From Penicillus capitatus (lineage: Eukaryota; Plantae; Chlorophyta): a DNA stretch of 64,000 nucleotides. Location: NCBI GenBank assembly GCA_965649825.1, contig OZ287705.1, positions 62,001-126,000 of the forward strand, in the 5' to 3' direction. A program made the position numbers and the translations under genes. The notes below the pieces were generated by a model, which did no database searches, had not been told where the DNA came from, and saw only the letters and a program-made list of their open reading frames with translations. Positions 1 through 12,121 of this stretch are shown here, piece by piece; the stretch's first letter is position 1, and every line of letters begins with the position of its first letter.

Positions 1-1434
1 CCGTGCCTTCGCAAAGTTGTGACATTTCTAATCAGATTGCCTGTCTTGTGCTGCCTGGCTTGCACTGGACATTCGTCGTCCAGTATTCCGAGTTCAGAGT
101 CGAAGTCAAATGCTTGAAGATGTATAACGAAGCATGTCTTTTCTCTGAGCTCCAGAAGGGAGTCGAACAATAGAGAAAAGGTGGCACTGATAGAACGCAC
201 TCTGTGATTGCCCCCGGTTTGTTTTCGCAGCAGATGTTGTCGCTTTAATACTCTGTGGTTTACTCATGATGTAAAGAGATATTTGCTTTGCTTGCTTGAC
301 ATCTGTCTGTCGAGGGCTTTGTCGCAAACCGGACACCGCATCGACCTCGCACTCGCCTCGTGTCACAGCGCTGTGAAGATGTCACATCAGAAGGTACGTA
401 GCTTGTATCTTTCAGGCTGTTTGGAAACAGACACCAAGCGGTGCCGTCAATGCCTTCAAACACCTCGCTGTGCTCTCTGCGTAATAGGAACCGCAAAGAC
501 GGAACACGAAGCGAGATTCGCTGAGAATTCGGTTCTGACGTTCAGGCCATTCTTCCGTCACTAAGCGCCGCACGACTGCTGCTGTGAAGTAAGTATCCCA
601 GAGTTCGTTGTGGCCAGCCAGCCCTTGTAGCCATTTTGTCCTGTGGGATTTCTTTTCTATGGCGGGACGCTCGATGAGGGAATGAATGTTTTAGTGTCCA
701 GCGCGAAAATGGACGACAGATGTGTCATCGTCATTCAATGCAGACGAGCAGACGATGCGCAACTGTAAAGCACCTGTCGCTGTCGTCACTGTAGAGAACG
801 TCGCGTGTTGTTGACGGAGTCCATTCATTTGCCGTTGTTTCATTGGTTCCATCGCCCAACGAGGCTCCACGATCTTCCGTCTCTTGTACGCAACGAGAGT
901 GACCTCTGTCGCTGCAGGGATCGTAGAAGCGCTTCTGATACTTTCGTGATCCGTCAGTCGAACTCGTCTCTGCCCGAGAGAGCATGAGAAGTGTTTCAAA
1001 CATGAGTTGCTCTTACACAACTGAGCGCCGACACTCACGGCGAACTTGACAGGCGGTTGCAAAGTCGGACATTGTTTGTCGAATTCGCTCTGCTCGGAGA
1101 GAGAGCGACATGAGAGAAAAAAGGCCATTCGAAAGCGGCATGACAGCGCTGCCCGTGGCAAGAATAGAAGCACGGACAATAATCCGGCAATGGTGTTGGC
1201 CACCGAGACGCATGAAAGCGACAGGAACGACAAGAAAATAAAAACAGTGGATACAGAATAAGCCAGCACAACGTGAGGAACATCGACAACAGCAGCTACC
1301 AAAAATCACCCTCGACCTACGGCCATTCTAGGCGTCTTCTGCAGCATACGCACAACTTAAATATCCGTTAAGTACGTCGTCTATGGCGCATCTTAGTGGA
1401 AAACTGGAAAAAAGAGATGGCGTGATGGGACTAG

Positions 1435-2032
1435 CTACTCGATAAAAGTAGCAGTTTGGTCCACGGAAGTCGCCACGCCGAGGATTCCGTTGTCAGTTAA
1501 CAGTCCAGTACCCGCCATGCTTGTCTGGTTAATGACAGACCAGAGGAACGAAACTATCGTGTTCGTCTCACTAAATTCGATTGTGATGGAGCCCGCGAAC
1601 ACACACGTCGTCTCGTTGAATTGTGCCACAAGGGCGAAAGGAAACAGAGTGAAACCCGGAATAATCGAAGACGTAGCGCTCTGCCCGTCCCTGCGATGGA
1701 AGTGTTAGCGTGAGCGAATATTAGAGCTTGAGTACCGTTGTAGATGTTTTCCGCCACCTCAGACATGTTGACGTTGTAAGTAAGAGGGTCGTCCGGAGTA
1801 ATAGACACTATCAAGCTCCCATTTGTCGGAGGTTCGCACGGCGATGCGTTGAGCTCGGCAAATCCAGAAGGCCGTGAAGTCTTCACTTCATCTACTACGT
1901 AGGCTTCCGTGGCCGTCCACAAGGCGGCGGTCGTTACGAGGCCGACGAGGAAAACTACACAAAGAAGGATGTCTCGTCGGGTTGGACAGCGCAAGGTGTT
2001 GTGTAATTCGCCTCACGTTTGAGAAGGGCCAT
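1435..2032 (-). CDS. Small secreted beta-rich protein of unknown function, paralogue 1 (2 introns; possible frameshift near 1630-1680)
   Basis: ATG 2032, then GTGAGG…GTGTAG intron gives signal peptide MALLKLFLVGLVTTAALWTATEA. Second intron has a GCTAAC branch point and …TCGCAG. C-terminal exon …QFNETTCVFAGSITIEF…QTATFIE* aligns with paralogue 2. Confidence 0.7.
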
Positions 2033-2337
2033 GGTGGTCGTTTTCGGACAGATTTTTCGTGCGATGGCTGTGTTGTGAAGAAAGGCGAAGTGTTCGATCT
2101 TCGAGGCGGAGGAGAACGATGAACAGGCGTTCGAGGTTTAGACGTGAAGACACTTCCGTCGGCGTTTATATAGCAGTCATGACTGATTGACACGTGTGTT
2201 GCATGCCATAGAAGTTTCCGGCTGGGCGGAAAAAGGGCCACATGAATGCGCTGTCGTCCATGCATGTTGTGACTGTGAGATTCGAACTGAATGGACACCT
2301 CTTCCTCCAACAGGCAGCACAGCATGCTCCCCAGACA

Positions 2338-3243
2338 TGTGCTGCCTCCCTGTTAAGACACCAGGAAGTTTGACACTCTGTCTGAAGGTGATCTTTCTTT
2401 TACCCGATACAAAATGAGAATGATGGATGCAGAGAAGTGTATTCCTTCGAACCACAACTGCCGCAAAATGCTTCTTTGTCGCTGAAGATTCAGACAGAGC
2501 TATACAGATTTGCTTCTCGGCCGAGCAGCAATGATGCATCTGTCATGGCAAGAGTTCGTCCGCGATCTATCCCCAGTGTGTCTGTACATAAGTGCATTCG
2601 TCATGTGAGAGGTTGACTACACAGACACTGCTTGTTGATGGCGGTCACATGATGAGGCATTTCGTCACAGAGACACAAGAATAAAACGCAGAAGATGCTG
2701 CTTCTTTGCTTTTCTGCTCCTCACGTGCCTCTGCAAGGCAGAGATCAAGAGGAGATGCCGGTTGGGAAATGCCTGTCTTATCAACATCTCTGAGACATCC
2801 GTCGAATCTGAAATCGAACACGCAACTCGATTAAACTAAGAGCATTGTTCAACTTAGTAGATCAGAGGAGAAGACGACGCTGCCGCTCGAGTGATCTCCA
2901 TTTTGAGACTTATGAAGCATGCAGTGGTCATCGCCGTTGGCATCTGGATCAGATGCAGCCTGTCCACGGTTCATGAATGACTAGATGTCAAAATCTCTGA
3001 ACCTGAGAGACGAACGTGTCGTCGCCTTCCTTTCAAGCAACCGGCGAGTCTGTCGTCCGCTCCCGCACCTGTCGGTCGGAAAGCGCCCAACTCCTGCAAA
3101 GTCGCTACCGGTTAGGTACTCGCGGGACCAAATCCCAGCAGGAGTGTTTTGTTGTCGCATCTAATCCTCTTCCAGGTTATACTGATGTGACAGCTGATGA
3201 ACATGGTGTTTGTTACTCGAGATGTCCGAAACGCAGCCCTGAT
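2338..3243. other. ~906-bp segment present only in duplication copy A, bounded by direct repeat CCAGACA (2331-2337, 3244-3250)
   Basis: Copy B reads …GCCTCCAGACAATCAAGCC… continuously. In copy A the left flank ends in CCAGACA at 2337 and the right flank resumes CCAGACAATCAAGC at 3244. Confidence 0.6.
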
Positions 3244-4752
3244 CCAGACAATCAAGCTATCGCTGAGTCAAAACCAGGTCCTTATCAGTACGACTGACGA
3301 ACATGATTGATGTGTTCAATTCAACAGCACATCTCCATCCATCCAGCCTCTACCATTCACCAACACCTCACACGCTTATTATCGTTCAGTCTACCCTGCA
3401 CCTGTCACTCATGTCTCAAAGCGATGATGCAGAGGGTAGTAGGTATTTGCTTTTTCGATGACGCAGCCCCGAACCTGCTGCTCTTTGGAGTGATGCACGA
3501 CGTCGGAAGAATGCGGCGATGATTCCGCTCGCTACGTCGTGTTCTTCCTCATTCTCCTGTGCTTTGAAGCGCAGATGTCACATCACCTTTCGATCGTCTT
3601 TATCCGTGCATCACTGGAAACCTGACCTTCGTTCATGACTCTTGCTTCCGACTAAACCTCTCCAGTTATTCGACAGACCCAGTTTTTGCATAGCCTCTGA
3701 AGCAGAAGCTGGCAGGAAACAGTGGAGATACTTGGGTGATGTCGCCCTGTCTTGTCGTTCTCTCTGCCAGCGATGACAACAACGTGATCTCACATCCATG
3801 TAATCGCATTATAACCTTGCCAACCTTGCTGTTCCTTTCCACGGGGAGCTTCTCTCATTTCTTACCGGACCCGACCAGTCCTGCCGCTACAGAAAGCGTG
3901 GCTGTCAAGTTCTGAAGGAGAGGCACGTGATTTGTTGGGCGTGGCTCACAGGCGCGGGCGTCCCGAAGGTGCAGCTGGCCGACAGCCTGTCAGTGGCGTG
4001 CCCTGGAAGGTCGAATCTCGCGAACACGCTTCGCGATCCGCGGACGCTGCCTTCGTACGCCAACCACATCGTCATGAATAGGCGATGTCCCTTCGCGTCA
4101 TTAACATTGTTAAAATTCTTAGTTCGGCCTACGTGGCGTGGATTGGACTTCACTGTGGAAGTACTTCGGTCGCAGCGACTTGTTTCTCAGCGCAGCTCGG
4201 AAGACTAAGACATCCGTAAGACGTTCTGTTCTTCGTCGCGCGCGCGTTGTTTGAAAAAAGACGACCGTGTTCCTTCCTCGGCGGCGGCGGTTGGATTCTG
4301 CGAGTGCTCTGGACGAAGAAGACCGCGACGACGCCGAAGACCCTGCGCACGCGTTGCCGTAAGTCCAGCCGTCTTCCTCGACTTCACAGCGTCTCTCCCG
4401 CGCGAAGCTGCTGCGTTGGCTGTGGCAGTCATAGCTGTTAGGCCAGCTAATCGAGCGGGAATGCCTCGCAGAGAAGTGCGTCCCGTCGGACGGCCTCGTC
4501 GAGAAGGCAGAACGTGCCCATACGTGTCTCCCGGCGGCGGGCGAGCCGCCATTGGGCCGTTGAGGGTGGCGACGGTTGACGCGTCGCTTTCGACCGGCCC
4601 TGCGGTCGACAGCCCTTCTGCGATGCACGACCTTTTTTCGAGGCAGTACTCGTAAGGCCCTCCACGATCTCTTCTGGCGATTTTTTGCGTCATTGCGCGC
4701 TGTCTGCGGCGAGCGTCCTGCGAACGTTGTGTCGCTGTGACAGGTCGGCGAC

Positions 4753-5810
4753 ATGAAGGTCGGAGACGAAGGAGCCTTTGAAGCGGGAGCTGGACACCGT
4801 ATGCCACGCATGCAGCTGCCACAGGAAGACGCGAACAGTCTTCCTTCTCCGCGTCTCGTCCAGCTCAAACGCGAAATGGAGACGGGGCCCTTGAACGCCC
4901 CTCCATCTTGGTTCGAGGACTTCGCTCAGTCGTGTTTAGCTACGGCCTCGCGGTCATCACTGCTCGGGGTGGATCCATCTTCGAATCACCAGCACGAAGA
5001 CGCCTCTCTTGCGGATTCCCATTCGAACAGCACACATTCTGGTACGCACCAGGGCGTCTAAGGCTGCTCTTCTGATGGAACGTGTGGTGTAGACTCGAGC
5101 GATAAGTGCTGTAAAGATCCTGTTCGTGAAGGCGGGGAAACGAAACCGACTTCCACTCTCACGTGAGGTGCCGATCAGAGTGAGCGATGGTGACAGGTGC
5201 TATTGATAGTCGAGGTCGAGGGGTGCACGTGGTGAATGGCGCTCTCCGTTATCGTGGCGTCCGTCGCCGTCCGTGGGGCAAATACGCCGCAGAGATTCGA
5301 GATCCGAGTCAGAGACGACGCGTCTGGCTCGGGACATTCGATACGCCCGAAGAAGCGGCAATGGCTTACGACGTCGCCGCACGCAAGATTCGTGGCGGCA
5401 GAGCTGTCTGCAATTTCAAGCAAAGCACGTCACATCATCTCTCGTGATCCCGAGTAGTGACAGATGTGTCCTGTGGTGCAGATCCTTCGCCATCTATCAC
5501 TTCGCCGCGCAGACAAGAGGCGGCGAGATCAGTCGGGTTATGTTTCGCGGAAGCAACTGGGACTAGACGCCGGAATAAGAAGGCGCGATCGGAGACGGAA
5601 GAGAGCGAAGGCGAAGGGCCGCAAAAGGATCGTCACCGTCCGCGAGAGAAGACGGCGACAAGAGACGGAAGCGCCGTGTCGTCCAGGACGAATCCGACGT
5701 TTCTCGGATCGCCCCGCGATCGGAAGCTGCTGCGTCAGATCGATGAAGACGCGGATCTGTTTGAATCCGCTTCGGCTTTGCTGATGCTGCGCGATGCCTC
5801 TCGCACTTGA
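4753..5810 (+). CDS. AP2/ERF-domain transcription factor (multi-exon; may have further upstream exons from ~4460)
   Basis: Canonical AP2 domain [56 protein letters not shown] at ~5250-5420. Frame-consistent small introns link 4753-5041 and the last exon ending …[20 protein letters not shown] (TGA 5810). The last intron needs a GC donor (5425-5481). Confidence 0.85.
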
Positions 5811-6127
5811 CGTCCATCGGTCAGACGACGACGATCATCACCATAAAGGATTGTGTATCTTCAGTGTTGAATTAGTTCTCCTGCTAGCCACTTTCTCCGT
5901 CGTTCATAATTCTTTGCGGTTCGCATTCTCAGCGACAGGAATCGCGAGGATGACGATCTGGACTTCAAACCCACATGAGAGGTGTGGACTGTACATTCAT
6001 CCAATGTAAAACACGCGTACGAGATGCGAAGCCTGCATCGGTCGCGTCAGCAGCATCATTACGTTGATTGCGTGACGACATTACGGCGTTTCCTGTTCCA
6101 GAACCCGTTCTTGACGCGTTTCGCATC

Positions 6128-6991
6128 ATGGCTGACCGTCTGCAACTTCCCATCAGCAACAGGAAGCGTGAGTCTGCTCTCCTTCCCTTCTGCGACCCCA
6201 GCGACGTTGCGCTGAGCAGTCGAGGACATCCTGATGTGGCGCGATGCGCGTCTGTCCGGAAGTATCTTCGGCGGTCTCACTGTCGGATACCTCGTCCTCC
6301 AGTGGAGTTCTCTCTCCGTCTTCTGCCTCGCTGCCTACGCATTGCTCACCGTCATCGGCGGCCTGCTCGTGTGGCACTGCGCAGCACCTTTCGTGAATAT
6401 GTCGTTTCGACACGGCTATCAGACGCTTATCGTGCATGTGCACTGCAGGGACCCTCCCATCCCCTCCTTCATTCGAGATGGCCTCTCCGAGGAAGACGTG
6501 AAGAAGCAAGTGGAGAGGATTCTACCCAGAGTCAACGAAGTCTTGGGTAAGGAGAGACAGCCGACCGTCGACAGTGGGCGATGAATGATGTGACGTTCTG
6601 CAGCGATGGTTCGTTGTGTCGTCAGCGGTCAAGATCTCACGCTCTCCGCAAAAGTCGTCCTGCCGTTTCGATCGTCCTGCTGACAAATGATAAGCAGGTC
6701 CTGGGAGGACTGTATGCGGTGGCACGCGTGACGTCCACCTTATCACTCCCGACCTTGGCTTACCTGGGTGATGAAGAGTCATGGCCAGTCATGAGGATGG
6801 CGTGTGGAAGCATGCGTTTTCTAGGCGTGTTGGTGGCGTTCTTGGCACCAAAGGTGTACGAGATGCGCAAAGATGAGATCGATGGCTACTTGGAAGTGGC
6901 CAAGGAGAAGCTCAAAGTCCTTTTTAAGCAGTTGGAATCGTCGTTGCAGAAGATTCCGAGAGCCAAACGTGTCATGAAGAAGGCCGAATGA
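6128..6991 (+). CDS. Reticulon-family protein
   Basis: ATG 6128, intron GTGAGT…GAGCAG gives …LEDILMWRD, followed by two long hydrophobic hairpins and C-terminal …APKVYEMRKDEIDGYL…KIPRA, typical of the reticulon homology domain. Confidence 0.88.
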
Positions 6992-7890
6992 GAACTGTTT
7001 TGGAGAAGCAATCTGATCAACCGTAGAGACTTACCCGTTACAACGATAACTGCGAGATAGATCGTTGTGAATGGACAAAGTGTATTGTCAAGCATACATC
7101 ATTGAATGCAACGGATCAACTTTAATTGCCGAATTCTTCGATTTGGCCGATCCAAAGTACATAGGCATCGTATCGTCTGCCGAAGGACCTTAACTTGCCT
7201 AAGCGATCCTGCTTTATGCGAATCAGCGATCTCATCCAGCAATAACATTCTGAGCTGGACGTGCAGTATCTTCAGGACGTCGCCGGATTCGGCACAGTGG
7301 CCAGTCAACCTTTCTCATGAATCGTTTCTTGGTCTCCTCTGTCTACTACACCATCATCTTTCCTTTCTGGCGTTTCTTCGGTAACCGAAGGTACAAAGAT
7401 GCTTTCGGACTTGGATTCATCATGGCCGTAGTTAAGTTGCTTGATATGACCTGTGTGGAGTCCAAGACGATGAGTTATATCACGGAGGTGTCGGGCACTG
7501 GATACATCTCAAAAGAGAGTCAGAAGATTCCTCAGCGCAACTGCATTGTGCGCTCTAGTGATGTTGCATACATGCATCAAAGACCAGTTGACAGCGCTCG
7601 CATCATCTCCGTCTTCCGCGGCAAGAAGCACACAGAGGTTGACAGTCTCCTGCACAACAGGTCAGTGTCGTGTATGCACTGTGTCGCGAACGCTTGCGAA
7701 ATTATGGAAAAACGGCAATCCGCTGTCCGTCTATCGTAAGGCATGCCAAATTGATCCAACCCCTCCCTGCTCCGGTTTCGAAATGGATGACTTCGGGAAC
7801 GATATTAAATGATTAATACTAATCGTTCTAGTACAAGTACGGAAGAAAAATTCAATGTCCTTCCTCATCGTTGCAGAACTCGTCGTCGCA

Positions 7891-9810
7891 TTACTCGTCA
7901 TCGTGATCATAGACATGCGAATAAACGAAGGCCCGAGCCTTCTCGAAGACGAGGCGCCCGATCTCTCTCCCCAGAAGTTTTCCGCCGTCGTCATCTGCCT
8001 GGACGTGAATGCCACCAGGGAAACGCGAGAATCCGGATTCGTCAGAGGCATCGGTCCAGGTCTCCCAGCAAAGGACGACGTCGTCAGCGGGGACATATCC
8101 AACAGACATCGGACCGGTGTTCGGGATGTCGCTGAACCCAGGCAGCACGTCGGATTTGGGCTCGAAGAAGGAAGTGCCCGCCGCTGATAAGTAGCACGAC
8201 GGGCCTCTGTATTTGTCGTCGCCGAAGAAGAGACGCAGCGCTTCGGCTCCGGCGGCGCTGAAGGTGGAGTGACCAGATGTGTAGGCGGCGAAGTTGGGTG
8301 TGACGAAATCTGCCGCCTGGAACGGACGCCATTCGCTGATGTTGGTCAGACCGACGCCCATGTAAGGTCCTCGCCATGCGAGTCTCACTCTACAGGGTCA
8401 CACTTTGTGATCTGCCACAGTAGAGGGAGCTCTGTTCTTACTCTGCTCCGAATCCGCCGCACTGGATGACGGAGACCGGACGCGCGTAATCGAAGGTGAC
8501 CTTTGTCCTCCAGCTGGCGATCCCGGCATCGTAAACGGCGTTCCCGACCACGAAGAGCAGTCTGGCCGTCTCTAACTGATCGAGACCTTCGGCCAAAGCG
8601 GCATCTCCTGCGATCTTCCACAGATGTCCTGGCGGAGCCGTCGTATCGGGTCCATCCGCCCAGTACTCCGCAATGATCTTCCGCACATCGTCCAAGGCGG
8701 CAGAGATCCTGGAAAGCACAGAGAGTGAGCATCGAGATGATCATCACGCGATGGTGCAGCCAGTACTCAAGAATGGCGCGGAACTGACGTCTGAATTCCG
8801 AACTTGCGGGGGGAGGCGGCGGCAGCAGCGCCTCTCCCGTCGTCTCGTCTCCTTCTTCAAGAGCGAACGTGGTGAAACGACCCGCCCACGGACATGCGAA
8901 CTCCTGTGGCGTGCATTCGGGTGTTCCAAATTGCTCCAGGGTTTCCGGAATGCAGAGCGGCTGCCATCGGCCGATGTCGACGATCTGGCTGTCGCAGTCC
9001 GTTATTCCGGCGAGTGTCTGAGGCGCATTCACAGGAGCGTAACCCGTTGGGTCGACATCTCCAGGTTTCAGTGTACCGTTGGGTTCAAAGCCGTCCTCCG
9101 TGATCTATTCGACAGGCGATGGCGATGCAAACGCCTTCTCCAAGGAATAGTGACTTGCCTGGTCGACGACACGTTGACAGGCGACGGCACCGGCAACGAC
9201 CTCGGCGCGGCGCTTGTCCAATGTAAACAGGAACTCTTCCAGCCCTTCAGGCGGCAGCTGCACGGCGAAATCGATCAGAGGAATGATGTCGTCGATGGTC
9301 CTGCACGAGAAGGCTTCGTACTGTTCGAAGACCGTGGAGAAGCTATCGAAGTCTTCGAAGAGTGACTTCACCGCCCAGAATCCGGCGCCGTCCATTGTGT
9401 TGGTCACCGTGTCCTCGTCAACTTCCCATGGTAGTATCAGCGGATTACCCGTCGTCGAACGAAATCCTGTGTAGACATGCGGAAAAGGCCTAACGCAAGA
9501 GGCTCCTACGTTTAGTGGTGAGCGCGGCTGCCTCGAAGAGACAGGTTCCGGTGAGTCCGCACACGCGACCGGCACCCGGCGGCGTTATGGCGTCGAGGTT
9601 GAACTTGGTTTGGAGCTGCGCGACGATAGACCATGCGTACGGGCGGTTGTCCCCGTCTCCGACGGGGCCGTCAACGGGGATGTTGTGAATGAAGTCCGAA
9701 GCCGTTGCGCATTGCGATTCGCAAACATCGCGCGAAAACTGAACACAGTGACCGAAGGCAAAACAAAAGAGGACAGCGTTAAAGAGAAGCAAATGCTTCG
9801 CCGGCGACAT
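7891..9810 (-). CDS. Vanadium-dependent haloperoxidase (PAP2 superfamily, bacterial-type VHPO), signal peptide, 5 exons, ~570 aa
   Basis: All vanadate-binding motifs present: K-x6-R (KVTFDYARP), YTSGHS, R-x5-H (SRFPGGIH), plus EYWADGP…PPGH. N-terminus MSPAKHLLLFNAVLFCFAFG is hydrophobic. Four small introns restore the frame. Confidence 0.9.
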
Positions 9811-12121
9811 TTGACGCCTGTCTGGTAACGTTCGTAAAACAATGCGAGACGTCATGGTCGGTCGTTGCCAAAGATGCTGCACGCACACACGCACGAACTT
9901 CAAAAAAGAACTGCTCTCCTTCTCAACCGTATAATCATCTGTACAATAATGGATATGTCAGTCGTGATTATGAATGACGTCGCCGTCGTCTGACCCGATT
10001 GCGGTGCAGGGCGTCGTCGGAGGCGCCTGACGGGACAGCTGCTGGTGATCACCATCTGTACACGCACGCATGAAGGTTAAGAGGGCGTTGCGTAGAAGCT
10101 GTCGGGAAGGCGCCTATAGGTTTCGAGTGTCCATTCGAAGGCTTTGGAACCGCTGTCGACGAAAAGCTCCTCGCCGCGTTCGACGCGTTCCGGAAACTCG
10201 CACATCAGGAGAGAATCGGGATAATTGTGCAGAGAATCGCCGGAGATACGACGTACCTGACCTCCAACGTCGAGGCGGACGAGAGCTGCGCCGCGATTCC
10301 CACGAAGACGCAGCGAAGACGGCTGTTCATAGCTTCAGAAAAAAACCTGGCGTGCCTTGTCCGCAGCTGCATATGAATTCCATACTAAGCAATTGAACGA
10401 CGCACGCACTCTGGATGTCGAATTTCAGGTTTCGACCCAAAGCCACAATCTTCGCGACAGCGTATCAACGACGTCGATCTGCAAACGGCAGTCGGTCTGA
10501 ACGACACGCGCAAAGGACGACGTTCTATCAACGTCTTCTTATTCTCTATCGCGTCTTTTTCTGTCAGTCTACTGCGGAATGCCTTAAGAATAACTGTCGA
10601 ACGTCGTTCTGTGATTTGACGGCGAGAGAAGACTATTCCGTCCGGCGTTGTCTGTTTGACAGCATTGGTTTTGTCGCCTCTTTGTGCGGATCGAGAGATT
10701 GTTAATCACGTTTGGCCGCGGAGCATGACATGAATGGCTGAGCCGTCCGTCCAAAGCAGTTACTTCTGTCGAGGTATTCGGACACAGAAACACGAAACGC
10801 TTCGACAGTATCCGCCATTCGGCTTTCCTGCCGAAGCAGAGCGTCTATACGTCTGTCCTCGATGCCATTTCATTTCAACAGAAGTGATAGAGTTCATCAA
10901 CAATAAAGGGGCTGTTCACCGTATCCGTCCTTTCATTGCTGACGGCCAGGAATAAACAATCGAGTAGAGCATCAAGTTTTACGTCAGAGACGAATGGTAG
11001 GTGCTTGTTTACCGCCTAAGGGTTCATAATAATGAAAAACCTTTTGACTGGGGGGAGTCAAGATTGTCGACCTGTAGGTGAAGGACCGACTCCTGTGCGA
11101 ACCTCAGTTGTCTTTTATATATTCGTTTCTCCATCTAGACAAACGACGACGTACAAACGTTGTAAGCTAGCTAGAAAGCAGTTTCCCTTGCCGTTGTGTA
11201 AAGTCGACATGCAGGATAAGGAAACAAGTAGATGGCCCGTTGTCCGGTGCGACAATGGCAGGGATCGAATGTCTAACAAACGGATCCGTCAGTTGAGCGG
11301 ATCAAAACGATGTCAACGGAGAGACACGGGCGCACAAACCGGACGCCATGGTCGGTGCATCTGCGCGTCGTCGTTACGATGTGCGATGGTGTAGGTGCGG
11401 AATCTGCGAAGGACGCTCTTCTTTGTCTGCGTGTCTGGATCAAAGCGACAGAGAAAGTGTCCGACAGATTGGAAGACGACGCTTGTCGAGGCCGACCGGG
11501 AAGTGCACGTAACGATCGCTTCCTACTCACTTACAGTGTACGTGATCTTTGACTGGTGTCCGTCCGACACACGTCTGACTGAGGTCATTGCGAAACCCTC
11601 GAACTCTGTTGTTCCTACCCCAAAGCAATGCGGCCGGGTGGGCTGCCCTTATCGAGGCAACGAACAAGTTAGCTAGCTCTAAAGGCGAACCGAGATCACG
11701 TGTTGTCCATTGTCCAAGACGATCGCCAGCACATTTTTTGAGCCAAAGAGCATTCGGCGCGGTTAATTCACAACATATGGTTCATAGAGTTCGAACGTGA
11801 TAACTCATGAGTTGGGTTGACACGTCTGTCCGAAGCCGAGGTTCATTAAGTAGCATACACTTATTTATTATTGGTAGCAACGGAACAGCAAAAGCGATGT
11901 GAAATTCAATGGATATTTTGACCATGTGACTGACACACGGGTGAAAGCATTCAAGTGGTCACCACTCATAAAGACCGAGGCGCTCGCAGTAGGATGAAAT
12001 AAAACTAGGCGCTGTGGTGTGGTGACTTGATTACAGTGCATGAGAGACGGACGGATGGCGTTCGCAGTGATGCTGCCTTTGCTGTCGAAACATGATGTCA
12101 CACGGACTTGGATGGATCGGC

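Larger units (their letters stand above)
1..3300 (+). repeat. Direct segmental duplication, copy A (partner ~17950-20020); left end runs off the window
   Basis: Collinear matches by eye: 28-160 vs 17971-18103 (…GAGTTCAGAGTCGAAG…GAGCTCCAGAAGG), 1003-1400 vs 18497-18900, gene 1435-2032 vs 18921-19515, 2170-2260 vs 19653-19740, 3244-3300 vs ~19963-20020. Identity is patchy with large indels. Confidence 0.9.

Noticed and set aside
4119-4868. Overlapping Arg-rich ORFs on both strands
   Set aside because: GC-rich, low-complexity frames, more simply explained as 5' exons or UTR of the AP2 gene.
7317-7739. 140-aa plus-strand ORF
   Set aside because: No recognisable domain or supporting splice structure; it lies between two convergent 3' ends.
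7891-9810. VHPO as bacterial contamination
   Set aside because: It has four spliceosomal introns of the host size class and sits among host genes.
10000-12000. Short ORFs between the VHPO and pseudokinase A
   Set aside because: No coding signature or family motif that I can support.
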